A stretch of 63,770 nt of DNA, the filler included, from Octopus bimaculoides (lineage: Eukaryota), in assembly GCF_001194135.2 (NCBI RefSeq). It is 8 parts of 7 records of this genome, joined end to end, with 100 filler letters (N's around TTAATTAATTAA, not from the genome) between each part and the next. Parts side by side here need not be neighbours in the genome. Positions count along the whole stretch, not along the records: positions 1 to 18,862 come from NC_068981.1; positions 18,963 to 26,829 come from NC_068990.1; 6 more parts are not named here. One strand, given 5' to 3'. The notes below the pieces were generated by a model. It saw nothing but the letters and a program-made list of their open reading frames with translations. It was not told the DNA's origin and did no database searches. Made by a program: the position numbers and the translations under genes. Positions within the stretch are counted from its first letter, which is position 1. Every line of letters starts with the position of its first letter. Shown here one piece after another: positions 13,223 to 22,436 of this stretch.

Positions 13223-15864
13223 TAAAACCGGAATAATGAACTTAAATAGCACCCATCCTACATCCCCTTACAGGAAGACCAACACAACTTCAACTAAAAC
13301 GTAAGGCTTTCTTTACCTATCGATATTATTACACCACCATATACATTAATATACCCACCAATCACTTCTCCTACATCCCTCGCACAACGAACTCTTAACA
13401 TACTCCTCTACATTCTGATGAGATCTGCCAAACCATTGGCTAGATTGAAACGTACGTAAATGACTANNNNNNNNNNNNNNNNNNNNNNNNNNNNNNNNNN
13501 NNNNNNNNNNNNNNNNNNNNNNNNNNNNNNNNNNNNNNNNNNNNNNNNNNNNNNNNNNNNNNNNNNNNNNNNNNNNNNNNNNNNNNNNNNNNNNNNNNNN
13601 NNNNNNNNNNNNNNNNNNNNNNNNNNNNNNNNNNNNNNNNNNNNNNNNNNNNNNNNNNNNNNNNNNNNNNNNNNNNNNNNNNNNNNNNNNNNNNNNNNNN
13701 NNNNNNNNNNNNNNNNNNNNNNNNNNNNNNNNNNNNNNNNNNNNNNNNNNNNNNNNNNNNNNNNNNNNNNNNNNNNNNNNNNNNNNNNNNNNNNNNNNNN
13801 NNNNNNNNNNNNNNNNNNNNNNNNNNNNNNNNNNNNNNNNNNNNNNNNNNNNNNNNNNNNNNNNNNNNNNNNNNNNNNNNNNNNNNNNNNNNNNNNNNNN
13901 NNNNNNNNNNNNNNNNNNNNNNNNNNNNNNNNNNNNNNNNNNNNNNNNNNNNNNNNNNNNNNNNNNNNNNNNNNNNNNNNNNNNNNNNNNNNNNNNNNNN
14001 NNNNNNNNNNNNNNNNNNNNNNNNNNNNNNNNNNNNNNNNNNNNNNNNNNNNNNNNNNNNNNNNNNNNNNNNNNNNNNNNNNNNNNNNNNNNNNNNNNNN
14101 NNNNTATATATTTCCACAATACATTTCTACATCTTAACGTACATTTCCACAAACACATTTATGAAAACTTTGCCTTGATTGATGTTGCGAATTAAGGTCT
14201 GTTATATTAACAATAATTGAATTCCGCATTTAACCTGCATTCTGTAGCCATGTTCTGTGTAATTGTCATTGCATTTTTCAATTAGATTAATAGAGATCTG
14301 TTTCCGTTCGTTTTATCTTTTCATGTTTTTTTTTTCTTTGTTATTTAAGAAATAGATAGAAACATTATATACAACCAATTTTTGTTAGATCTATGAACAT
14401 TCTTTTAATACCTCGCAGATATTTACCTTCAATTTATAAATCAGAAATGCTGGATTGTTACTCTGGAGGCTTTAAATGTAAATTTACGAGATTTAATAAT
14501 GAACTCTGGAATATGAATAAAAAGGTAGGTTTTTAATTTCTCTAACACCTTAGTGTGATAGAACCAGTTATTTAATATTTCACACTATGAAGTACAGAAC
14601 AACGGCTGACTCACCCTATTGATGACAGAATGAGAGTTAGGACAATCAGACTCACTCCATGCGTATTAGTTGAACAAGAGAAGTATCATCTGGATACTGG
14701 TTGTTTCGCAGACACGCTACTAACTTACTCTTTTACTCCTTTACTTGTTTCAGTCATTTGACTGCGGCCATGCTGGAGCACTGCCTTTTAGTCGAGCAAA
14801 TCGACCCCAGGACTTGTTTGGAAGCCTAGTACATATTCTACCGTTCTCTTTTGCCGAACCGCTAAATTACGGGGACGTAAACACACCACCATCGGTTGTC
14901 AAGCGATGCTGGGGGGGGGGACAAACACTGACACACAAACATATACACACACACATACATACATACATATATATATATATATACAACGGGCTTCTTTCAG
15001 TTTCCGTCTACCAAATCTACTCACAAGGCTTTGGTCGGCCCGAGGCTATAGTAGAAGACACTTGCCCAAGGTGCCACGCAGTGGGAAAGAACCCGGAACG
15101 ATGTTGTTGGTAAGCAAGCTACTTACCACACAGCCACAGCTGCGCCTATAACTTCTAGATTATAAAATAAAGTTTCTCTGGAAACTTTGCCTTATAATCT
15201 AGATTAATGAACAGGGTTATCATTATTGTATAATCTTTATTTAACTAAGAACTAGGACATTTAACTGCACGTGAACGCCATTCTTTTTTAATTTTAAACT
15301 AGACCAAATCAACACAGATCTACAATTATTAGTGCTAATTAAAAACCAAACAATAATTTATCCATTATCGAAATATAGAAGTATTTTTTTTACTTAGAAT
15401 ATAACCTTAACCGGTTAGATACCTGCCTGCATTTTCTTAGTTACCTTGTCTTTTTTTATTAATGACAGATCCTGTATTTAAAGGATATTAAAGAAATTGC
15501 ATAATCTGTGTTTTAGACATTATGGTAGGTAACTCGGGATTTACAATACCTGCAAATGACCCCATTAGATGATTAACTATATATGCTTCAACGTATTTAA
15601 GACTAGAAGTTTTAAGATACAATTTGCAGGCTCTAAGAACAAGTCTTATTGACGTTATAACACAGCGAATGACATTATGGAAACGTTAAGCCTTGATATT
15701 GCTTACTATATTGATAATAAAGCTTATTTCATGCTTGTGATACTTACTGTCATCTTCTTCAACGTTGAGTTTCTGAAAAGGAATAAAATTATGATTAACA
15801 TTAAAAGAGTATTTAATTGAAACTTCAAGTATGTCTCAAGGTTTAACAAGTTTAAACAAAATGT

Positions 15865-15926
<62 letters not shown>

Positions 15927-15940
15927 AGTGTGTATGTATT

Positions 15941-15985
<45 letters not shown>

Positions 15986-16926
15986 TTATGTAGGACAAAT
16001 TTGGCTATTGGCCAAGTTCATCGTGAGGACTACTCCACAAACCACCTTTAGCAATACGAGAAGACAGTGTTTTTTCTGTCTAGTGAAAGAAGTTGTCTGC
16101 TGGATGAAGCTAAAAAGATTGAAGTTAGACACCTGTTTTGGTCAAGCCCTCATCGAATTTTTCAAGTTCCATTGAAAAAGAATTGAAAAAGAATTTTTAA
16201 GTGTAGAACTAATTTTAGTTTTGTAATTTATCCAATAAATCTACGCACAGCTCAACCATGACATACGAGTAAATGCAATTTCCTTTTTTGCCAATTTTCT
16301 CCAAGAAATCTGGTATCTGTCAAATCACATCAAAAGGACGAAGTATATCAAATTTCTATTTGCAGTCTTTGTTTCACAAATAAAAATAATATTGATTAAA
16401 CGAGAACACATTAATAATTTCCAGTCTTACCTGTGCCATAACAAGTGAATAATAAAGTCCGTCTTGTTTCATTAATTCTTCGTGGGTTCCTCTCTCAACA
16501 ATTTCTCCATCTTTCATAGCTAAAATCATATCTGCTGATTGAATTGTTGATAATCTGTGAGCAGCAACTAATGTAGTGCGACCACTCCGTGCCTAAAAGT
16601 TTTATTTGGAAATAAAAAAGAGTATATGCATGTCTTTTTGTTTGTTTAACAATAAAATTCTATGACAAAGACAGCAGAATATCAATAGATAGTTAATAAA
16701 GCGCGAATAATTTGGATGTAATAGGGTTTTATAAAGAGTGCAAAACAAGACGTACCTTGTCAAGTGCACTCTGCACAATCATTTCACTTTCAGTGTCTAG
16801 GGCTGAAGTTGCTTCATCAAGCAACAAAAACAACGGTTTCCTAACTAAAGCACGTGCAATAGCGATTCTTTGTCTCTGGCCTCCGCTTAGTTGAGCTCCT
16901 CTTTCACCAACTAATGTATTGTATTT
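1520..16926 (-). CDS. ABCB1: ABCB1/MDR-type full ABC transporter (P-glycoprotein-like), partial gene: 7 exons, NBD1 C-half - linker - start of TMD2
   Basis: Manual splicing of exons 16926-16756, 16592-16431, 15772-15748, 9079-8979, 4456-4310, 3212-3123 and 1597-1520 gives one open frame, with AG acceptors and GT donors throughout. It contains [22 protein letters not shown], then KMNKPEW and [23 protein letters not shown]. The symbol indicates the subfamily only; ABCB1/4/5/11-type orthology is not resolved. Confidence 0.93.
2430..2950 (-). mobile_element. RTE-clade LINE 3' fragment plus adjacent SINE/LINE tail
   Basis: Decayed C-terminus ...[31 protein letters not shown], resembling the GRP..TYIDQL..DTG...DR..W end of RTE-type ORFs. 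Confidence 0.55.
3123..3212 (-). CDS. ABCB1: ABCB exon (90 nt, phase 0-0): TM8
   Basis: ttatgtcag|[30 protein letters not shown]|gtaagt. Confidence 0.9.
3602..3644 (+). ncRNA. Degenerate hammerhead ribozyme motif (Penelope-type)
   Basis: cata-CTGATGA-a-gcat-aacg-atgc-a-GAAA-cacgtatcc-tatgg. Core and stems I/II are present, but the cleavage-site register is disrupted. Confidence 0.45.
4310..4456 (-). CDS. ABCB1: ABCB exon (147 nt, phase 0-0): start of TMD2 (TM7)
   Basis: ttttag|[49 protein letters not shown]|gtaagt, matching the K-[LM]-N-x-P-E-W motif of MDR proteins. Confidence 0.93.
5665..6262. repeat. Nested imperfect inverted repeat (arms about 5978-6092 and 6142-6262, extra direct copy about 5665-5790)
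   Basis: attcccacttaaatgtg...ataccatgag block occurs forward at about 5670 and 6025, and reverse-complemented at about 6150-6215. Confidence 0.7.
7978..8365 (+). mobile_element. tRNA-derived SINE, family C
   Basis: A box tggcccagtggtt and B box ggtttcgattccc; body ctaag(t/c)tccacgcggctccggcag shared with 28550-28855; CAA/A tail. Confidence 0.75.
8979..9079 (-). CDS. ABCB1: ABCB linker exon (101 nt, phase 1-0)
   Basis: tactttcattttgaag|[35 protein letters not shown]|gtttga. Only one frame is open, it is acidic/Ser-rich like MDR linkers, and it joins in frame to the EKNL exon. A second AG 2 nt downstream (start 9077) is an alternative acceptor. Confidence 0.75.
9893..10220 (-). mobile_element. 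RTE-related 3' tail with (GAT)n end and internal tandem subrepeats
   Basis: (cat)n-gtttaacgtccgctttccatgctagcatggg...gatgcccttcctaacgccaacc; the gccagtcaggcggtactggca subrepeats recur at 39650-39850. Confidence 0.6.
10851..11060 (+). repeat. About 210-bp local duplication, copy 1 (unique flank plus SINE head); copy 2 at 18605-18813
   Basis: tactttttaaatatctaaagtaactcactgtcagaagaaaaaaa...cctcaggcgac is shared, with only scattered substitutions. Confidence 0.9.
11061..12866 (-). mobile_element. Penelope-like element, RT pseudogene, truncated at the start of the GIY-YIG region
   Basis: Frameshifted RT motifs [77 protein letters not shown]; ends at [14 protein letters not shown]. Confidence 0.9.
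12867..13190. repeat. 137-bp inverted repeat (12867-13003 / 13054-13190, 50-bp spacer): inverted pseudo-LTR of the adjacent Penelope element
   Basis: The arms are reverse complements with few mismatches. Each carries catctac(g/t)t-CTGAGGA-gagcggtttctttc-aaa, a hammerhead-like core lacking G12. Confidence 0.85.
13411..13462 (+). ncRNA. Type I hammerhead ribozyme, apparently intact
   Basis: CAUU-CUGAUGA-GAUCU-GCCAA-acca-UUGGC-u-AGAUU-GAAA-C-guac-GU-A-AAUG: stem I CAUU/AAUG, long stem II, palindromic minimal stem III, GUA cleavage triplet (cut after 13458). Confidence 0.8.
14730..15145 (-). mobile_element. SINE family A, full length
   Basis: Same head, internal microsatellite and tail as 1071-1481. 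Confidence 0.85.
15748..15772 (-). CDS. ABCB1: ABCB linker microexon (25 nt, phase 0-1)
   Basis: ttattccttttcag|AAA CTC AAC GTT GAA GAA GAT GAC A|gtaagt = KLNVEEDD plus 1 nt. Near-consensus splice sites, and its phase exactly complements the next exon (A+AG = Lys). Confidence 0.75.
16431..16592 (-). CDS. ABCB1: ABCB exon (162 nt, phase 0-0): NBD1 H-loop and C-terminal end
   Basis: cttttag|[54 protein letters not shown]|gtaaga. Confidence 0.97.
16756..16926 (-). CDS. ABCB1: ABCB exon (171 nt, phase 0-0): NBD1 signature and Walker B
   Basis: ttttcag|[57 protein letters not shown]|gtacg. Confidence 0.97.
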
Positions 16927-17993
16927 CTGAAAATAAAATTCAAATTATATTAGTTTTAAATTGTAAGATTTATTTTAAATATTTATAAAGTTGAAAAATT
17001 GTAAACAATTTATTAATGCTAAATATTGTTCATGCTTTACCACCATTCACAAACTAAAGTTATGATCACTTTGCATAATGACATTTTCTAAATAAATTTT
17101 ATCAAACATGGATCACAAATTAAATGTATAACTACAAGTGTTGTGTTTTGTTTTGGATATGACACCACTCCACAAGCTTTGGAATTTATGAAATTTCACT
17201 TTATAAATCTTTTATTTGTAACTAAGCCAATGAAACATTTCATTTTACAATCTATATGCAAATATAGTTTAAAGTAAATTCTGAAAATAACGATTTTTAA
17301 AGATATTTTAACCTAATTATATTGACAATTTCATATGCAGTGTTGGCGAGATTTATATTGAAATGAAACTATTTACGGGGAATCAAACACACCAACACTG
17401 AAATGGTTTCTGAAATGGTCTCATTTCAATATAAAATTTAGTAGTTAACCATAGACTAACGCAGAGCATAAAATCTATTGAATTTCTATTATATTCGTTA
17501 TTGTCTGTAGAGAAAATATTTCATTTGAAATTTACAGCTATTACTTGAGATGTGACTTAATCATAAGATACCAAAAAAAAATGAAAATTAATGAAATTAT
17601 TATGCTAAAAGAATGTTTCCTAGCAAATATTTTGTTTTTCCCTTTTATATACATATCCATCCTCCAAACTTAGTAGCTAACATATAGCCATATATATTGA
17701 AATATTTCCATCAATTCTTTCATATTTTGAAATGTTTTAACTAAGGAAGGTTTATATAATAGATGCATTTCCTATTATATATTACGCAAACATTTTACGT
17801 ACGTATTTAATGATTTCAAAATATCACTATTTGGGTTTTACTTCAATATTACAACTTATACGACTCGATGCCAGTGCAAACAAACCAGTCTAGATTCCAC
17901 ATATGGGAATGCTCTTACAGCTATTTGGAGTAGTTTGTTATATTTGACTTGAGTCGAAAATCCTTGTACCATGCATCGCTTCTTAGCGTAACA

Positions 17994-18027
<34 letters not shown>

Positions 18028-18159
18028 CCCATTTTAAAAGTTAGCATTATGTAGAAATATTTGGGTATGAATTAGCGATATAATACTTAATAAATCATCT
18101 ACATTTTGCAGTGTCTATACTGTAGCATTTTCAATGTGTACACAATATTTTTTATTGTT

Positions 18160-18380
18160 TAAGGCGGCGAGCTGGCAGAAACGTTAGCGCGCCGAGCGAA
18201 ATGCTTAGCGGTATTTCGTCTGTCTTTACGTTCTGAGTACAAATTCCACTGTGGTCGACTTTGCCTTTCATCCTTTCGGGGTCGATAAATTAAGTACCAG
18301 TTGCGTACTGGGGTCGATCTATTCAACTGGGCCCCCTCCCCAAAAATTTCGGGCCTTGTGCCTAGAGTAGAAAAGAATAT
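18160..18380 (+). mobile_element. SINE family B, full length
   Basis: aaggcggcgagctggcagaaacgttagc...ctttgcctttcatcctttcggggtcgataaattaagtaccag...ttgtgcctagagtagaaaaga; further copies at about 19410, 20013, 24950-25375, 29805, 39400(-) and 49990(-). Confidence 0.85.
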
Positions 18381-18604
18381 TTTTTATTGTCTAACACATA
18401 TTAGCAATAGCAGAATACAGAAGTTTGTAAACTGCTAACTTGTAGAATATTCTAATTATATATATTTATTGTTAGCTATTAATTCACTATTTGATAATTC
18501 TTGATGAAATCAAAATTAGAAATATTGCCTTCAGGAAAATGGATAAATCAAAGAAATTTAAACACTGTCATCAATATCAGTTTACAGTAACAAGATTTCT
18601 TAAA

Positions 18605-18813
18605 TACTTTTTAAATATCTAAAGTAACTCACTGTCAGAAGAAAAAAAGTGTCGCATATAATTAAAGATATAAGTGCAGATGTCATTGTGTGGTAAGAAA
18701 TTTGCTTCTGAACCACATGGATCTGGGTTTAGTCCTACTGCGTGGCACCTTGGATAAGTGTTTTCTACTCTAACCTCAGGCGACCAATGTCTTGTGATTG
18801 GATTTGGAAGATG
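18605..18813 (+). repeat. About 210-bp local duplication, copy 2
   Basis: Same sequence as 10851-11060, including shared private SINE mutations (atctgggtttagtcctactg, ctctaacctcagg). Confidence 0.9.
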
Positions 18814-18827
18814 GAAACAAAGATCGT

Positions 18828-18862
<35 letters not shown>

Positions 18863-18962
18863 NNNNNNNNNNNNNNNNNNNNNNNNNNNNNNNNNNNNNN
18901 NNNNNNTTAATTAATTAANNNNNNNNNNNNNNNNNNNNNNNNNNNNNNNNNNNNNNNNNNNN
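18863..18962. other. Artificial scaffold join 44N-TTAATTAATTAA-44N (12-mer also at 26874, 39346, 45007, 50797, 54812, 58325)
   Basis: An identical palindromic 12-mer with stop codons in all frames, always embedded in a 100-nt N block. Confidence 0.95.
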
Positions 18963-19012
<50 letters not shown>

Positions 19013-19138
19013 GCATATATATATATGTTATATATATGCGTGTGTGTGTATGCATGCATGGACGTATGTATATGTGTGAGTGTGTGTGTATGTATACATG
19101 TATGTATGTATGTATGTATGTATGTATGTGTGCATGTA

Positions 19139-19169
<31 letters not shown>

Positions 19170-19360
19170 TTGTGTGTGTTTGTGTGTGTGTGTAAACAAC
19201 ACCAGAGAGACAAACAGACAAAAGCAAATCCACCTAATTAAGACAGGTGTGTTTGGAAAGGGGTGATGTAGCATGTGCTACTTAACGCAATTTAACATTG
19301 TTGTTGTTGTTGCTGCTGTTATTATTATTGTTGTTGTTGTTGTTGTTATTATTATTATTA

Positions 19361-19411
<51 letters not shown>

Positions 19412-19544
19412 TCCTCCGAGTTCGACTTTGCCTGTCATTCTTTGGGGGTGGATTAAATTAGTACCAGTTATGTACTGAGGTCGATATAATCGACTAACCC
19501 CCCTCCCCCAAAATTTCAGGCCTTGTGCTTTTAGTAGAAAGGAG

Positions 19545-19957
19545 TTTCATTTGAAAAGGAAACTGTGAGTGGAGAGGGAAGTGCTGTCCTCGAGTGAGTT
19601 TATTGAAAGATGGGGAAAGTTTCGTAAATGGCAAGAGTGGATGGTACCCCTCTAAGTGTAAACCCATGAGTCGGAGAGAAGGAATTGGAGAGAACACTTA
19701 CTCCTGGGGTTTCAGGGAAATCTCGGAGAGTGGTGTTCCTCGATTATCCCTAGAGACCTTCATGTATCGGGGGCGGGGCCACATCTCTATCATCCTCCCT
19801 GCGCCAAGCATGTCCCTTCTTTTTCAGTGTATACCGCGTATACTTTCTTTCTTTTTCCTTTTTTTCTAATCATTTCAATTTATGTAAGCCCCAACACTTT
19901 ATGTCTGTCTTTGTATTGTCCCCCTCATCTTTTGCCCTTGTGGCAAATAAATGAAAT
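19545..19957 (+). mobile_element. Tx1-like LINE 3' end followed by (ATT)n
   Basis: FHLKRKL*VEREVLSSSEFIERWG, homologous to the peptide at 57056-57596; then a pyrimidine-rich 3' UTR, AATAAA and (ATT)n. Confidence 0.6.
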
Positions 19958-19968
19958 TATTATTATTA

Positions 19969-20012
<44 letters not shown>

Positions 20013-20245
20013 GAAGGCGGCGAGCTGGCAGAATCCTTAGCATGCCATGGGAAATGCTTAGCGGTATTTCGTCTGCCGCTACGTTCTGAGTTCAAATTCC
20101 GTCGAAGACGAATTTGCTTTTCACCCTTTCGGGGTCGATTAAATAAGTACCAGTTACGCACTGGAGTCGATGTAATCGACTTAACCTCTCCCTCAAGCAA
20201 CCCTTGTGGCAAAAATTTGTAATCATTATTATTATTATTATTATT

Positions 20246-20683
20246 CAGTAGTTTTATTTTTATAACGTGCTTTCACTTCACTACCGAGCGCAGCTCTGTG
20301 CGCCTTGGGTATGTGCTGTGGTTTGCTGTGGTGCTCTTATGTTTACTGTATTGAAAGTGTTTTGCGTAGGATGTGTGCAGTACCCAGTAGTGCAATTTTC
20401 TGTATGTTATATATATTTGTAAGTCCTGCTATTTTTGTTATGTATTTGTCTGAATATTTTTTTATTATACCTAAGGCACCTACTATGATAGGAATTGTTT
20501 CTGTTTTTAGATTCCACATTCGAGTTATCTCTATTTCCAGGTCTTTGTATTTTGAAAGTTTTTCCATTTCTTTTAGAGAAACGTTGTCATCTGCTGGTAT
20601 TGATACATCAATTAGAAAGCATTTTTTTTCTTCATGATCTTTGACAACTATATCTGGTCTATTTGCCTTAATTTCTCTATCTG

Positions 20684-20685
<2 letters not shown>
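20246..20685 (-). mobile_element. 5'-truncated R4/Dong-like retroelement (RLE endonuclease + 3' UTR) embedded in (TAA)n
   Basis: DREIKANRPDIVVKDHEEKKCFLIDVSIP...KLSKYKDLEIEITRMW...IPIIVGALG...IQKIALLGTAHILRKTL (PD-D/E RLE); (ATT)n on both sides (20225-20245, 20686-20747). Confidence 0.88.
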
Positions 20686-20749
<64 letters not shown>

Positions 20750-21080
20750 TGGTGTACACTAATGTCTTACATTCGGAATTGATGTCCTTGATACCAGGTC
20801 ACAACCGGTTCCTTTAGATATTGATGACATTTCTTACAATCTTTGCTGTTCTCAATAGAGCAGATTTCTGAATTAACGCAACTCACGTAGCCACACCAAT
20901 CTCAGTAAGGAAACTGTTAAGTCTGTTCACGACGGTATCTAGAGCACCGATAATAACTTGGTTTACTTTTGTAGAAACCCTCCACAGCTGTCGTATTTCA
21001 CTAGCCAAATCCTGGTATTTTCTTATTTTCTCTTGCTCTTTGACTGCTAATTTAATGTCCACAGATATATCCACATCTAT
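20750..21080 (-). mobile_element. Second, distinct R4/Dong-like RLE fragment (decayed)
   Basis: LIDVDISVDIKLAVKEQEKIRKYQDLASEIRQLWRVSTKVNQVIIGALDTV...ALIQKSALLRTAKIVRNVI. Confidence 0.8.
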
Positions 21081-21621
21081 GAGTGAGAGAGCAGTGAATG
21101 CCATCAAAGTGACACTCGAGTAAAATATACGAAGCCCAGTATATCCCTCATGACTACCCGTCTGATAAAGGTACACCAGGTAGATGCATCACAACTATAT
21201 GTGCGCGACCTAATATCAAGATAAACAGCGCATGAATCCTTGACGTGACCACCGAACCGTGAGTCTAAGCCACATACTGATTGGTCGAAATACAGTTAGA
21301 ACTTAGTTGGCGCGTTAATCAAACACACACACACACACATATGTATGTACATACGTACGTACGTCTGTTTATCTGTCTGTATGTCATTGTTCAGTTTTAT
21401 TCCAAGATTTCTTGCCAATAGAGAAAGAGCCGGTTTCTAACCTAGATTCAAGGCTCCTTCATTAGAATTTCAACATCAACGATGGGCTATTTTTGTTTGT
21501 ATGTATGTATGCATGTATGTATGTATGTATGTATGTATGTATGTATGTATGTATGAGCAGACTTGTAGGTTTTATGTATGTATTCTCATGCATATATTTG
21601 CATATCTAGACATATATATAT

Positions 21622-22420
21622 TTAAATGATAAACCTCTGGAAAGTTTTACAGATTTTTACATTTCCAGTGATGGATTGGATCTGTAGTCTTCGAATTAGC
21701 TTTTTCCTTTCTGGTTTCGACAAGTCTAATTTCTCAACATTGGTATTTAGGCAGTGTGTTACATATCCCAGGGCCCCAATAATTACAGGTATAAACCTGA
21801 ATTTGTAATCTGGATAGAGTAACTGCAGATTTCTCAATTGTTCAACATAGGTATTCTCTTTTTCACTAATCTTCAGCTTTATGTTAACATTCACTGGGCA
21901 GCTAATTTCCACAACTGTGCATTTTCTCTTCTCTATCCTAAATAATTATATCAGGTCTGTTATGCTTACATTTTATTGATGTCTTCACTGGTACATTCCA
22001 CCAGTATTCCTTTTCATTATGAGTGGTTATAGCTTCTACCATATTGTGGGTTTTCATTTCTTTGTCCTCGAGATTATCCTGCCGACGGATTTCATTATAG
22101 AGAGTCCTAGCTACAACGTCATGTCTCATCGTGATGATATTTTCGGACAACTGCTTACGATGTGGGTGATATCTTCAGTGTGAACTCCACAGTCTGTATC
22201 GGTTGTCACATTTTACGGCTTTTCCTGCATCTCTATCCCTTTTGTGCATTAGGTACTTGGTTGATATTTCCTGTTCCTGGATTGCAAACGCATACCCTCC
22301 AAAGTGGGCTATTCCTCCATGATAAACTGTTTTGATGATCGATGTTACTATCATCACGGAGATTTCTAATAACATATCCATGCATAGTCTTCTGCTCATA
22401 TAGGTTCATCCTTTCATCTG
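21622..22420 (-). mobile_element. Third R4/Dong-like fragment (CCHC region + RLE), frameshifted
   Basis: GYAFAIQEQEISTKYL...CDNRYRL...ITHIVSSC...MRHDVVA...KHNRPDII...VEISCP...FIPVIIGALG. Confidence 0.85.
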
Positions 22421-22436
22421 ATGATATGTTGTGTAA

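Noticed and set aside
15488-15549. Possible alternative terminal exon after the microexon ([26 protein letters not shown] about 30 nt later), giving a half transporter
   Set aside because: The phase fits, but the polypyrimidine tract is weak and AATAAA is common in this DNA; there is no independent support.
21200-21320. TGACGTGA plus ATTGG promoter-like cluster
   Set aside because: Only two short motifs among transposon fragments, with no associated exon or TATA/Inr spacing.
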